Virus record (IMG/VR): IMGVR_UViG_3300014689_000033
Span: 1-51,762 of that record
Length of the DNA: 51,762 nt
Reading direction: 5' to 3' (one strand)
Source of the DNA: an uncultured virus (IMG/VR IMGVR_UViG_3300014689_000033)
Lineage: Monodnaviria; Loebvirae; Hofneiviricota; Faserviricetes; Tubulavirales; Inoviridae
Below are positions 8,441 through 18,429 of the stretch, one piece after another. The position numbers and the translations under genes are program-made. The notes beneath the pieces are model-generated. The model saw nothing but the letters and a program-made list of their open reading frames with translations, had not been told where the DNA came from and ran no database searches. Position 1 is the stretch's first letter. The number at the start of each line of letters is the position of its first letter.

Positions 8441-10161
8441 AGCTCCAGCAAGTCGTTGGGGATTCCGACGCGATACAGCGCTTCGGTAGTGCCGGTTCGC
8501 TCGTCGCGGTATTCCGCGCCAATCTCGCGCGACTCGATCAGGAACCGGCGCGGATATATCTCGGCCGGCATGTTGTCGTTGGCGTCGTAGTTGCCCGAGT
8601 AGCCCAGCCGGTCCTCGTCATATGGGCCAATAGCAAAGCCCGTGTACGGGTCGACCTGCCGCCCGCCGAGCTGGGTACCAAGCAACAGCTGAATCGACGA
8701 GGTGAACGGCGGCAGGCTGGTGTCAGGGCTGGCCGGCACGGCGAGCGGGTCACTGACGCCGCCACCGCGCATGACGGCGATGCTGAGCGAGGTGATCGCC
8801 TCGCCGCTGCCAAGATCGAACTGATGCACGATGCGCCTGCACTTGCCTCTGGCGTGAGCGCCCTGATCGTTGAGCTCTAGCGTGTGCGAGAGGTCGATAC
8901 CCATAGCCATGCTCGACGGCACTTCCCAGGTGAGCGTCGTTTCTCGATGGGCACCGATGATCTGCACCTGGCCAATGCGCAGTGCGGTTGCTAGAGCATT
9001 GCCGCGCCGACTTTCGTCCGAAAGATCCTGGCTGCCGGTGCCGCCGTCGCGGATTGGATCACTGCCCCAGCTTTCGGCGATGTCGCGCTCTACAGGCAGC
9101 GTGTAGCCGGCGCGCTGAACGATACTGGACTGTTCGGCCTCGCCCGCTGCCGTCGCAAGGACCAGCTTGTAGCTCTCGGTTACCGTCTGCACCCAGCGGC
9201 GGGCGCCAGTGAACTGAGCAGACAGCCAGAGGTTGTCGAAGGTGTTGACCCAGCCGTTGCCGTCGCCGCATGGGTTGGCCATCGACAGGGGCAGCTTGTA
9301 GCCGCCGACGCCGCCGAGCAGCTGTTGCCCACTCCCTGACACTGAATCGGCAATCATCTCGGTGCTTGGCAGATCGGTTGACCATGTCCGCCAGTTACAA
9401 AACCCGCTGATGCCGCCGCCCGCGTTGACGTGAGTCCAGGTGTAGGGCTCGTTGAGCTGCCACAGCCGCTGATAGCGATAGCTGAATTCGATCTCAACCC
9501 GGTTCGTGGCTGCGTCAAGGTCCGACTGCTGCAGCTCGATCCGCTGATAGAACGTAGTGCCAGGACCGAACACAAAGTTCGGCGATCCGGCATACCAGCT
9601 GCTGACGCGGAGCACGCCATTGGCTGAGCAATCAAGGCTTACGGGGCGAGTACTCAGCCGCTCCTGCGCGTAGTCCCAATGGCTGCGACCCTCGACCGGC
9701 TCGAACAAGTCTTCCGACCAAGACCCACCGACCAGCGCATTGATAGCTTCAATGCTCATGCCCTCGACACGCTGCTGCAGCTGGTCCGAGCATTCGCAGC
9801 TCAGCACCCGATTGACAGGGTTCCAATCGGCGCGGCTGATCTGTCCGGTATAGCTGCGCGCCTCGGTCGTCTCGCCCTGCCTGGTGCTGATGTAGTCGAT
9901 GGTGACCGTCTGACCTTTCCAGTCAGGCGGCACGACAGGCGTGCCCGGCGCGATATAGAGGTCGAACCCAGCGATGCCGGCAGCACCCTCCTCCCGGTCA
10001 ACCGTGACCGTGCCAGTCAGCTGAGCCGTGAGGTCCACACCGCCAACCAGCACGCGCAGCGCCCATACGAACGACTGCCCGCGAACGATGTACTCCGGCT
10101 CGGCAGACGATCCAGCTACGCCATTCAGCGGCACGGCGTTGAGTGGCGAGGCGTTGAGCAT
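8437..10161 (-). CDS. Tail tip / hub-like protein
   Basis: 574 aa, second gene after tape measure. Confidence 0.65.
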   Translation of the reverse strand: MLNASPLNAVPLNGVAGSSAEPEYIVRGQSFVWALRVLVGGVDLTAQLTGTVTVDREEGAAGIAGFDLYIAPGTPVVPPDWKGQTVTIDYISTRQGETTEARSYTGQISRADWNPVNRVLSCECSDQLQQRVEGMSIEAINALVGGSWSEDLFEPVEGRSHWDYAQERLSTRPVSLDCSANGVLRVSSWYAGSPNFVFGPGTTFYQRIELQQSDLDAATNRVEIEFSYRYQRLWQLNEPYTWTHVNAGGGISGFCNWRTWSTDLPSTEMIADSVSGSGQQLLGGVGGYKLPLSMANPCGDGNGWVNTFDNLWLSAQFTGARRWVQTVTESYKLVLATAAGEAEQSSIVQRAGYTLPVERDIAESWGSDPIRDGGTGSQDLSDESRRGNALATALRIGQVQIIGAHRETTLTWEVPSSMAMGIDLSHTLELNDQGAHARGKCRRIVHQFDLGSGEAITSLSIAVMRGGGVSDPLAVPASPDTSLPPFTSSIQLLLGTQLGGRQVDPYTGFAIGPYDEDRLGYSGNYDANDNMPAEIYPRRFLIESREIGAEYRDERTGTTEALYRVGIPNDLLEL

Positions 10162-10659
10162 TTAGGTTTCTTCCCAGGTGATGGACCAGGTGTGCGCTGA
10201 CGACTGCGACTTCGCCGGTTTGGTGGCAAATACCGAGTACACGGGCAACCAGGACACTTGGTAATCGGTAGCACCTGCCACGGCGGTGACGGTCACCACT
10301 CCCTCGTTGGTTACGCACGGGGTGCGCACCCAGCGCCCTCCCAAGAAGGCGTGCGCCCACGGCGCCAGGTCCGGCCGTGGCGTGCTGGTGAGCGTGAACG
10401 TCGGGCCAGGCCCGACGATGTTGCTTACCTGCATGCTGCGCAGCTCGAGCGGCTGGCTGAAGTCCAAACCATCCAGCCCGGGTGGCATGAGGCCCGTGCC
10501 GGTGATGGTTCCTGCCGTTTTCTGCCAATGCTGCATCTTGGATGCCGCGCCATCGCTCATCCGGAGCACTGTGCTGCCGCCGATGGCCTCTTCACTTTGT
10601 TCCGGCGCACCCGCGTGCGCCACGATCGGCACGCCGCCGAGCATGATGGTCAATGACAT
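10162..10659 (-). CDS. Distal tail-like protein
   Basis: First gene after tape measure; start placed at MSLTIM. Confidence 0.6.
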   Translation of the reverse strand: MSLTIMLGGVPIVAHAGAPEQSEEAIGGSTVLRMSDGAASKMQHWQKTAGTITGTGLMPPGLDGLDFSQPLELRSMQVSNIVGPGPTFTLTSTPRPDLAPWAHAFLGGRWVRTPCVTNEGVVTVTAVAGATDYQVSWLPVYSVFATKPAKSQSSAHTWSITWEET

Positions 10660-10669
10660 GGATGCCCCG

Positions 10670-12805
10670 TTATCGGTGAGTGCGGCCAAACTTCCGCGCC
10701 GCGGCGCGTAGCGGGTCGACCTGGTTGGCAGGTGCGTACAACTGGTAGGTGTCGCCCCCTAGCTTGAAGTCGATAACCCCAAGCCTTGGCATGTGCGGCT
10801 CCATGCTCGCTACCTGACCGATCAGACCGCCCTCGGCAAAGCGCGGAATGGACGGCGGAACGATGCCCTGGTTGATCATGTTCAGGAATGGCACGCCCAG
10901 CTTGCGCACCGCAGCGGCATTGACCATGTACTCGCCGTTCGAGCCATACATGAGAATGCTGTCGCTGGTACCGGTGCCAGGCCCGCGGATATAGCCACCC
11001 GTCGCATAGCCCGCCGGCTCCGGGCCAGGGTCTTGCAAGGTGTAGGGCTGGCTGAAGTCGTACTGTGCACCGACCTGCACGATGATCTCGCGCTTGGCTA
11101 AAGCATCGAGCGCCGATTGAACCTGCGCCAGAGCAGCGTCATCCATCTTGACGCTGACCGGCATGTCCTGCAGCTCGGCAGCCGCTGACTTGAGGCTCAG
11201 CATTTCCTGCTTGATGTCGGCGATCTTCTGCTCGGCACGGCTCTGCTCGATGTCATTGGCGGCGAGCTCAATGTCGCGCAGCTCGCCAATGAAACCTTCG
11301 AAGCCGTAGGTGTTGGCGCCTGCTGCACGCAGTTCCTCAAGCATCTTGAGAGCCGCCTGCGCCTGCGCTTGCGCGCCTTCGATGTCACCAGCGCGCAACG
11401 CTTCACGCGCTCCGACCTTTAGCGTTTGTGCAGCACCGTACGACGCCTCACCGCCAGCGCTCATGCCAGCAATGGCTTCCTGGTATCGCTTTTCGATATC
11501 AAGGCGTTTGCTGCGAACCTTCTCAAGTTCGCTGTTGGCCTTCTTCTCAGCGGCTACCAGTGCCTTGGCGGCAGCCTCCGATGATTTCACCAGGCGATCC
11601 TGCTGGGATTTGAGTTCGGCGATGTAGGTGTTGCGGGAACTGATTTCCTTTTCGCGCTCCGCTTCCGCCTGAGCCGCTGCGGCAGCGGCGGCGGCACTCA
11701 GCTCAGCGCTCATGCCTGTCTGCTGTTCAACAATCGCGGCGCGGAAAGCTACCAGGGCTTCGCGCTTGGCTTTCAGTTCGTCCTCACTGAACCACATGCC
11801 GGCTAACGTCGTGTTCAAACCAGTGCCGGACAAGCTGCGGTCGATATCAGCAATTTGCTGGTCGACCTTGTCCAGCTCAGTGACCATACCTGCGGCGTTT
11901 GCTGCAACGAAAGCAATGCGCTGCCCGAGGTCAACAAACTCGGAGGCGCCATCAACTGCTGAGCCGGCCAGGGTGGCCAGCGCAGACGCAAGTTTGACCA
12001 GGTTGTCGACAACCACAGGATCGCCGAGTGTATCGCCGAGGCTGTTGATCGCTTCAATCAGTGGCTCCACATCAGCCTTGCCGATCGCTTCATTCCAACG
12101 ATCAGACAGGGCGGTCATGGCGCCGCCGACAGTTTCTGGCAGGCTTTCGGCCTCTGCGCGCAGCACGCCGAGTTGCTCGACCAGGGCAGTGGTCACCACG
12201 TCGGCGGTAAGCAAACCCTGCGACGCCATCTCCTTCAGCGAGCCGATCGGGACGTTCAACGAATCGGCGAGCGCCTGCATGAGCCGGGGCGCCTGCTCCG
12301 CGACAGAGTTGAACTCTTCCCCACGTAGCGCACCAGCGCCCAGTGCCTGCGCAAATTGAATGACGCCGTTCTCGGCTTCCTGCGCGCTTGCACCGGAGAC
12401 GCGGAACGATGTTGCGACAGCCTCGGTGACCGCCAGAATGTCCTTCTGGCTTCGCCCGGCCTCTTGCAACGGACGGCTGATGCGCTGGTAAAGGGTTGCA
12501 AGGGACTCAAGAGGCGCCTGTGTTGCAGTGGCGATGCGTCGCAGTTCGGACTGTGCGGTGTTGAACTCTTCCTGAGAGCTGGTCGCTAGCTTCAGACGAG
12601 CATTCATCAGGTTGTAGCTATCGGCGGCGTTTGCAATGCCGCGTACAGCACCGGTCAACGCCGACACCGAGAACACGCCGATCAGCGCTTTCCCGGCGGT
12701 ACCCAGTTGCTTGTTCAATGAGGAAATGTCCCCATTGATCTCGCTGAACATCCTCCTCGTATCGTTCTTGCCGTCGATGACCAGCTGAGTCTTGACCTTG
12801 GACAT
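10670..12805 (-). CDS. Tape measure protein
   Basis: QFAQAL..G.LRGEEFNSV tape-measure motif; GPGTGTSDSI C-terminal motif; Ala-rich. Confidence 0.93.
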   Translation of the reverse strand: MSKVKTQLVIDGKNDTRRMFSEINGDISSLNKQLGTAGKALIGVFSVSALTGAVRGIANAADSYNLMNARLKLATSSQEEFNTAQSELRRIATATQAPLESLATLYQRISRPLQEAGRSQKDILAVTEAVATSFRVSGASAQEAENGVIQFAQALGAGALRGEEFNSVAEQAPRLMQALADSLNVPIGSLKEMASQGLLTADVVTTALVEQLGVLRAEAESLPETVGGAMTALSDRWNEAIGKADVEPLIEAINSLGDTLGDPVVVDNLVKLASALATLAGSAVDGASEFVDLGQRIAFVAANAAGMVTELDKVDQQIADIDRSLSGTGLNTTLAGMWFSEDELKAKREALVAFRAAIVEQQTGMSAELSAAAAAAAAQAEAEREKEISSRNTYIAELKSQQDRLVKSSEAAAKALVAAEKKANSELEKVRSKRLDIEKRYQEAIAGMSAGGEASYGAAQTLKVGAREALRAGDIEGAQAQAQAALKMLEELRAAGANTYGFEGFIGELRDIELAANDIEQSRAEQKIADIKQEMLSLKSAAAELQDMPVSVKMDDAALAQVQSALDALAKREIIVQVGAQYDFSQPYTLQDPGPEPAGYATGGYIRGPGTGTSDSILMYGSNGEYMVNAAAVRKLGVPFLNMINQGIVPPSIPRFAEGGLIGQVASMEPHMPRLGVIDFKLGGDTYQLYAPANQVDPLRAAARKFGRTHR

Positions 12806-13048
12806 CTAGGAGAACTCCTCGAGCAAGCGTTTGAAAACCTTGGGCTTCGCATTGGCGGCGCGTGCAGCGATCAACGCCGAACGGGTTGCGCTTCGCTCTT
12901 CCTGATCGATGGCAGCCAGAAACGTTTCGATCTGCCGGAGGCTGTAGTCCGGCACGTCCGCCATTGCATGGCCGGCGCCGATCAGCCTTTGGACGACAAC
13001 TCCCCACTCAGCGCCCTTACCATTGCCGGCAGGGCTTCGCCGAAAAAA
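12806..13048 (-). CDS. Tail assembly chaperone, T-like part (probable -1 frameshift extension)
   Basis: Open -1 frame from slippery T-TTT-TTC to a stop abutting the tape measure ATG. Confidence 0.65.
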   Translation of the reverse strand, partial: FFRRSPAGNGKGAEWGVVVQRLIGAGHAMADVPDYSLRQIETFLAAIDQEERSATRSALIAARAANAKPKVFKRLLEEFS

Positions 13049-13347
13049 CTGGAGTTGACCCGCACCACCTCGACCATCAGTTGTACCGAGACGGTTGCCG
13101 GTATGAACCACAGTTGCCAGCGCTTGAGGCTGGTGGTCACGAGCAGCACCCGGCGCAGTTCGCGGCTGTGCGTGGCGGCGTAGCGGTTGATTTGCTGCAC
13201 GCTGGCCTGGCTGAACAGCTCGACCAGTGCGCCAGCCGATTTGCCATAGCGCTCGAAGTGCCGAAGCTTCACCGGCAGGATCTGCACGTCACGGCCCATC
13301 ACCTCAACAGTGACCGGCTCAGGAAACAGGATTTGCAGGTCTGACAT
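12982..13347 (-). CDS. Tail assembly chaperone, G-like
   Basis: Between major tail and tape measure genes; AAGGA SD before MSDLQ. Confidence 0.8.
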   Translation of the reverse strand: MSDLQILFPEPVTVEVMGRDVQILPVKLRHFERYGKSAGALVELFSQASVQQINRYAATHSRELRRVLLVTTSLKRWQLWFIPATVSVQLMVEVVRVNSSFFGEALPAMVRALSGELSSKG

Positions 13348-13365
13348 GACTTTTCCTTGGGCAAT

Positions 13366-13385
13366 AAAAAACCCGCCGAAGCGGG
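13366..13385 (-). terminator. Terminator of tail-region moron
   Basis: CCCGC-TTCG-GCGGG followed by six T on the minus strand. Confidence 0.8.
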
Positions 13386-13402
13386 CTCGTGGACACACGT
13401 AT

Positions 13403-14008
13403 CTATTTGGAGCAGAGCCTTGACCAGGCTTCCTCAAACTCAGCTCCAGGCATTTCTCCTTCGACAACGGAAACCCCGCCACCCGAAGCTATATAACGCT
13501 TGAAACCGTTATAGGCGCCGAACCCATTCTTGGCGTTGACCTCTCCACACGGAACGCCCGATTTACCAACGAACTGATTCCGGAACTTCGCCGAATCCGC
13601 GTCTTTCAACCTCGACTCGACAGACCGCTGCCCGACCCGAATGACGACATACTCGCTAGGCGGAGCTGGGCTTGCCTTTGCCGGCTGTATAGGCCTTTCT
13701 CCATCTCGCGTGACAAGCAGCACTGCGCCAGCAGTTACCGCAGCGATCAACACTGAGGCGCCGAACAATTGGCTTCGTGTAAACGCAGCGAGTACCCGCC
13801 AGCTTGTTCCAGCAACTTTTCTTGCCGGCCTCACGGCAGCGTCGACTTTTCGCTTCCGCTCGGCTCGCTCAGCTTCCTGATAGAGCAATTCAGCCTTCTT
13901 GGCTCGGGCAATGAGCGCCTTCTCGTAAAACGCGCCACACTGAGGGCACTTGGCTGGCTGCCCAAACTCCGGCTCTGCGGCGACGTGACTGCAAGCAGGG
14001 CATTGCAT
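13403..14008 (-). CDS. Moron: Zn-ribbon membrane protein
   Basis: CPAC..CPQC, one TM helix, C-terminal CGEVNAKN.FG.Y.GFKRY domain; own promoter and terminator. Confidence 0.8.
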   Translation of the reverse strand: MQCPACSHVAAEPEFGQPAKCPQCGAFYEKALIARAKKAELLYQEAERAERKRKVDAAVRPARKVAGTSWRVLAAFTRSQLFGASVLIAAVTAGAVLLVTRDGERPIQPAKASPAPPSEYVVIRVGQRSVESRLKDADSAKFRNQFVGKSGVPCGEVNAKNGFGAYNGFKRYIASGGGVSVVEGEMPGAEFEEAWSRLCSK

Positions 14009-14012
14009 AAGG

Positions 14013-14044
14013 TTCCCTCCCAATTGACGGGAGGGAATCTACCA
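14013..14044 (-). promoter_or_regulatory. Extended -10 promoter plus RBS-sequestering hairpin
   Basis: TGG-TAGATT at 14044..14036; perfect 9-bp inverted repeat TTCCCTCCC/GGGAGGGAA. Confidence 0.6.
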
Positions 14045-14051
14045 CAGCGAA

Positions 14052-14843
14052 TTAAGCCACCGCCGTGTTCTGCACTTCCCACTGCCACATGGCGGCTTCG
14101 TCGGCATCCATGATGTTCGGGTCCGCCAGCAGCTTGATCTGCACGGGGATGGTGCCGAACTCTGCCCCCTGGTTCAGTGGCACACCGCCGTTGAGAGCGA
14201 TCTTGCAGTAGAAGCACTGGATGCGGCGCTTCTCGCCGTTGCCGCCTTCGTTGGTCTGGCCGGTCATCACGCGGTAGAACTTCTGGCCGGTGGTGAACGG
14301 CTTGATGACATCCACGGTCGGGTAGCTGTAGTCCACCAGGATCGGCAGGCTGCGCAGCTCACCTTCCGGCGGAGTGGTGGCGGCGATGGCGGCGGCCAGC
14401 GGACCGCCCGGCAGAATGCGAATGCCATAGGGGCCGACCGCGTAGTCCACGTTGCGGGCATAGGTGGTCGCCCCGTCCTCGCTGGTCACCGCAGTGACTT
14501 CAAGCGGGATGTTCGCCAGCATGATGGCGCGATCGATATAGGCAGCATGTTCCTCACCCGCTACCGAGCCGCTCGGCACCTGGGTGACCGAACCGTACAT
14601 GGCAATAGCGGCGGCGCGAGGGCTGAAGGAGACCGCCTCGCCGGTCAGGTTGATTTCGCTGGTGGAGGTGACATTGTCCAGCGGCGGCAAGCCGATACGG
14701 GTCGGGTCGGGGATGGTGATTTCCGAGGTGGTTGGCTCAGCGGTAACGTTCTGGAGTTTGAACACTTCCTCGAAGTTCCAGTTCGGCCACGCGGAGACGA
14801 AGATCGGGCCGCGGAACAGCTGGGTGTAGTTCATCAGACTCAT
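14052..14843 (-). CDS. Major tail (tube) protein
   Basis: Position after tail terminator and before chaperones; size. Confidence 0.8.
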   Translation of the reverse strand: MSLMNYTQLFRGPIFVSAWPNWNFEEVFKLQNVTAEPTTSEITIPDPTRIGLPPLDNVTSTSEINLTGEAVSFSPRAAAIAMYGSVTQVPSGSVAGEEHAAYIDRAIMLANIPLEVTAVTSEDGATTYARNVDYAVGPYGIRILPGGPLAAAIAATTPPEGELRSLPILVDYSYPTVDVIKPFTTGQKFYRVMTGQTNEGGNGEKRRIQCFYCKIALNGGVPLNQGAEFGTIPVQIKLLADPNIMDADEAAMWQWEVQNTAVA

Positions 14844-14866
14844 GGGTTTCTCCTGGCCTGCGGCCG

Positions 14867-15301
14867 TCAGTTGTAGCTCTCGACGTACAGCACGCCGATG
14901 GTGAGGGTAATGCTATGGGTGGTTTCGCCAGCGCTGGCGAATCGAAATTCAGCCTGGTCGTCTTCTTCCAGTAGGCCGGGGAATTTGCGTTCTGGCTGGT
15001 CCTGGCCAAAGCCGAGAGCCCGAAGGATGTCGACGTGCACGGCCGAAAGCGCCGCCTCATCCGCACTTTTGGAGAACTGGACTTCGATCTCATAGGTGCG
15101 CACCCGCGTCGCTTGCACTCCAGCCGCGCTGGTCTTGGCGTCGTGCTGCGGGCGGATTAGCGCGAGTGGCAGCGGCGCCTTGTCTGTAGGTTTTTCCGTC
15201 GGGCCGTAAACGCGCTGGAGTTCGGTGTGGAAGCCGTTGGCGGGCTTGATCTGTTCAAGCCGGGAGCGCAGGCCCTGGCTGATATCGCTGGCCTTGGTCA
15301 T
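14867..15301 (-). CDS. Tail terminator-like protein
   Basis: RLEQIKPANGFHT motif; position before major tail gene. Confidence 0.7.
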   Translation of the reverse strand: MTKASDISQGLRSRLEQIKPANGFHTELQRVYGPTEKPTDKAPLPLALIRPQHDAKTSAAGVQATRVRTYEIEVQFSKSADEAALSAVHVDILRALGFGQDQPERKFPGLLEEDDQAEFRFASAGETTHSITLTIGVLYVESYN

Positions 15302-15858
15302 CGCGCCCCCTTTGCAATCTCTCGCCTGATCCGCTTCTCGAATTCCTGTTGCAGGAAGATGTTCGTCCAGCGGATCGTTTGGCCATCGGTGAGTTGCTTG
15401 AACCAGTACGCCACCGATGGGCCAAGCGCTGGAGACAAGAAGCCTTTCGCCGCACCACGCACCTTGATGCGCGTGCTCCAAGGCATTCGGCTGAAGCTCG
15501 ACGGGTTAACGAAGCCTGCCGCGACCTTGTGCCCTTTCGGACCCTTGACCCAGATCCGCGCTCGCGTTTCGCTGATCTTGCTGTAGCCCCAGCCGAGATA
15601 CCGCGTTACCGGCACACCGGAGCTGGACGGGATGATTCGGGCGTTGGTAAGCCGGCCACGCGCACGCTTCACGCGCAGTGCACGGCGGCTGTAAACCGGC
15701 ATCAGTGAGCCGCGCAGAGGGTTCACATAACGAACTGTGCGCGCCTTTGTTGCAGTAGTGTTCAGCGCACCGCGCAGCACCGGATCAACCTGCCGACTGA
15801 CCGCCGCAAGCCGTGCGCGCGCCATCTCCAAGCCGGTAATCTTGACCGAAACCTGCAT
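15298..15858 (-). CDS. Tail completion / neck protein (basic)
   Basis: Arg/Lys-rich, ALNTTATKART; neck module position. Confidence 0.65.
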   Translation of the reverse strand: MQVSVKITGLEMARARLAAVSRQVDPVLRGALNTTATKARTVRYVNPLRGSLMPVYSRRALRVKRARGRLTNARIIPSSSGVPVTRYLGWGYSKISETRARIWVKGPKGHKVAAGFVNPSSFSRMPWSTRIKVRGAAKGFLSPALGPSVAYWFKQLTDGQTIRWTNIFLQQEFEKRIRREIAKGAR

Positions 15859-16406
15859 CAGACCTTCTCCAGCCAAAGCCCACGCACGACGCCGTCGTCC
15901 GACTCGTCGGCATAGGCGATCACGTTGTACAGCGTGCCACCAACCACCAGTTGGTCATCAGGTTGCGGGCGACCGACCTCGATCAGCGCCACCTCGGCGC
16001 GGGTTCGGTAGTCGGTGGTCTGGCCCAGTTCATCGCGATAGGGCGCCTCATGCGTCAGGTGCACGCGACAGGGACTTGGAACGCCCTCGAGTGGCCTGTA
16101 CTCACCCGGGGTACCGGCCAGCTCGCTGCAGGTGATGACGACCTCGGCGCGCTGGCCCGTGAAGTCCCGGACGTCATCGATGAGCAACAACCTGTCGGCA
16201 GTGCGCACGTAGCGGCCGGCGCGCAGGTCCTCGTGCCACCAGGCTCTGACGGTGACCTTGGCCGGCGCACGCAGCCCGGTGGCCGCTGGCGGCTCGGCGC
16301 TCTCCTTCGAGCGAATGCCGACCCAGAGCCAGTCGAGAACGCCCGGGCGCAGCTGGCCGTCCAGCTCGACCAGATCGGCTGGGGTATTGAGATTGCCAGA
16401 GCGCAT
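15858..16406 (-). CDS. Head closure / head-tail adaptor
   Basis: MRSGNLN start typical of head-tail joining proteins; position. Confidence 0.7.
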   Translation of the reverse strand: MRSGNLNTPADLVELDGQLRPGVLDWLWVGIRSKESAEPPAATGLRAPAKVTVRAWWHEDLRAGRYVRTADRLLLIDDVRDFTGQRAEVVITCSELAGTPGEYRPLEGVPSPCRVHLTHEAPYRDELGQTTDYRTRAEVALIEVGRPQPDDQLVVGGTLYNVIAYADESDDGVVRGLWLEKV

Positions 16407-16733
16407 TCAGACCCCCAGGTTGATACGGTACGGATACAGCAGGTTCTGCCAGGTGGGCATGCGCGTGTAGATGGTGCCCACCACTCCCGCCTCGCGGTTG
16501 GCATAGAGCTCGGCGGCGCCGATGAGGATCGCCGCGCGAACGCTGGCAGGCACCGCGGCATAAACAGGTTCGCCGACCTCTGGCTGCACGTCAGCGAGCC
16601 AGGGAATCGGACGGTTGAGAAACTGGCTGGCCTGCTCGATTGCGGCATCCAGCTTGAGTTGCAGATCAGCATCCTCACGCCCGTGCCGAATCCGCAGGTG
16701 GAGCTTGAGGTCATCGAGGGTTGGCGCGGGCAT
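16407..16733 (-). CDS. Head-tail connector (HK97 gp6-like)
   Basis: LKLHLRI...AAIL...LYANRE...LLYPYR. Confidence 0.88.
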   Translation of the reverse strand: MPAPTLDDLKLHLRIRHGREDADLQLKLDAAIEQASQFLNRPIPWLADVQPEVGEPVYAAVPASVRAAILIGAAELYANREAGVVGTIYTRMPTWQNLLYPYRINLGV

Positions 16734-16748
16734 GGGATACTTCCTTGG

Positions 16749-17141
16749 TTACTTAGCCGCCTTTCCGGCGGGGGCCTTGTCGGCAGCGGCTTGGTCAGCG
16801 GCAGCCTTGTCGGCAGCAGCCTTCTCAGCAGCGGCTTGGTCAGCAGCGGCCTTGTCAGCGGCAGCCTTCTCAGCAGCGGCTTGGTCAGCAGCGGCCTTGT
16901 CAGCGGCAGCCTTCTCAGCAGCGGCTTGGTCAGCGGCAGCCTTGTCGGCAGCGGCCTTCTCAGCAGCGGCTTGGTCAGCGGCAGCCTTGTCAGCAGCAGC
17001 CTTGTCGGCCTTCGCATCGATGACCTCGGCATAGTCCTTCTTGACCAACTGCTTGCCGTGCACGTCGGTGGTATCGAAGGTTTTACCGGGGTCCACGACA
17101 GCACCGCCGATATACAGCGGTTTGAGTGCTTTGAGCTTCAT
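16749..17141 (-). CDS. Capsid-adjacent protein with Ala-rich repeats
   Basis: 46-aa N-domain followed by five [14 protein letters not shown](E/D) units. Confidence 0.85.
   Translation of the reverse strand: MKLKALKPLYIGGAVVDPGKTFDTTDVHGKQLVKKDYAEVIDAKADKAAADKAAADQAAAEKAAADKAAADQAAAEKAAADKAAADQAAAEKAAADKAAADQAAAEKAAADKAAADQAAADKAPAGKAAK
16779..17003. repeat. Coding tandem repeat, 15 x 15 bp arranged as 5 x 45 bp
   Basis: Read directly from DNA and translation. Confidence 0.9.
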
Positions 17142-17202
17142 GGGGCGTTCTCCATGGCTGCCGCCTTTCGACGACAGCCATCAGTAGACGGTTCGCCCAG
17201 CC

Positions 17203-18417
17203 TTACGGGGCCGGAACGGTGAAGGTGCCGAAGATGAACGCCTCTGGCCGCTTGACGGCGAGCGCGAGGCGCTCCTCGCAGCGGATCGAGATCATGTTCT
17301 TCTCGAAGTCGTCGGCGTTCTCGGTGGAGATCACCACGTTGGCGTCCTCGCGATCGAAGATCTGCGCGCCGGTCTGGAAAGCGCCGGTGAGGAACTTGCC
17401 CTGGAAGGCGGCGATTTCGGTCGATACCACCGGCAGGCCCCACAGCGTCGGGCCAACCACGCCCAACGGGTTGCCGATGATGTAACGGCCCAGGCTGTCC
17501 TTGGTCAGCTCGATCTTCGCCCAGTCGGTGAAGTGCAGCACATGCCCGCTGGCCGGCAGGCGCGCCAGCTGAGCCTGCAGCATCGCCAAGCGCAGCTCAT
17601 CGATCTGGGTCATGTCGGCCGGTGCGAACGCAGCGGAGAACGCGCTGGCCTGCGGCACGATGCCGTCCAGGTGTGCACCGGTACCGTCACCGAACAGAAT
17701 CTCTTGTTCTTCGACGTACTTCAGGCCGTAGCGCATTTCCGCATCTACGGTGGACTGGAGCTGCGCGAAGTCGTCGAGGATCTGCTTGGACGCCTTGAAC
17801 ATGTGCGCGATGGTCGTAACCGGCGTGATCTTGGTGTCGAAGCTGATGTTGCTGTACGGCTTGGCAGTGTTCTCCGCCACCACGGCAGCGGCATTGGTGA
17901 AGCCGGTCTGCTGCACCCAGAAGATCGCAGGCGAGGTGGTGCGCCCGGTCGCGATGAGGTCGCGTATGAACAGGCGCTGCTTTGGCATGATGTCGATGCC
18001 CGGCAGGCGCTGCGGCTCGACCACGCCTTCGGCCACGTCGACGCTGAGCAGCGCGGCGTTCACCGGCACGCTGATGCGGCGGTTGCCCTGGACGCTCTTG
18101 GCGAATTCCTTGAGCGCCTCGCTCTTGATGACTTCGGCGCCTACGGTGGTCCGCTGCGACGCCGAGGCCTGCGCAGGAATGCGTGCGAACTCCTGTTCCA
18201 GCTCGCCGAGCTGGGCCTTGAGTTGTTTCTCGGCATCGGTCAGCGAGTTGAACTTGAGCGCCAGCTCGTCAACCGTCGCCTTGGTTTCGGCAGACAGGTT
18301 GCCAGCCTTCTTGGCTTCATCGAGAGCCGACTCGGCTTTCTTGCTGAAATCGCTGGAGGCACGCTCCAGCTCGGCGCTGACTTTTTTCAGGAGTTCAGCA
18401 GTAGAGGAATCAGTCAT
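17203..18417 (-). CDS. Major capsid protein (HK97 fold)
   Basis: Coiled-coil delta domain, ASKQILDD, EEQEILFGDG, EERLALAV.RPEAF. Confidence 0.96.
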   Translation of the reverse strand: MTDSSTAELLKKVSAELERASSDFSKKAESALDEAKKAGNLSAETKATVDELALKFNSLTDAEKQLKAQLGELEQEFARIPAQASASQRTTVGAEVIKSEALKEFAKSVQGNRRISVPVNAALLSVDVAEGVVEPQRLPGIDIMPKQRLFIRDLIATGRTTSPAIFWVQQTGFTNAAAVVAENTAKPYSNISFDTKITPVTTIAHMFKASKQILDDFAQLQSTVDAEMRYGLKYVEEQEILFGDGTGAHLDGIVPQASAFSAAFAPADMTQIDELRLAMLQAQLARLPASGHVLHFTDWAKIELTKDSLGRYIIGNPLGVVGPTLWGLPVVSTEIAAFQGKFLTGAFQTGAQIFDREDANVVISTENADDFEKNMISIRCEERLALAVKRPEAFIFGTFTVPAP

Positions 18418-18429
18418 GGTTTTCTCCGT

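Noticed and set aside
16779..17003. Possible CRISPR array
   Set aside because: No unique spacers; in-frame coding repeat; no cas genes
16055..17104. 349-aa Leu/Pro/Arg repeat ORF
   Set aside because: Alternative frame of the Ala-rich repeat, overlapping established head genes
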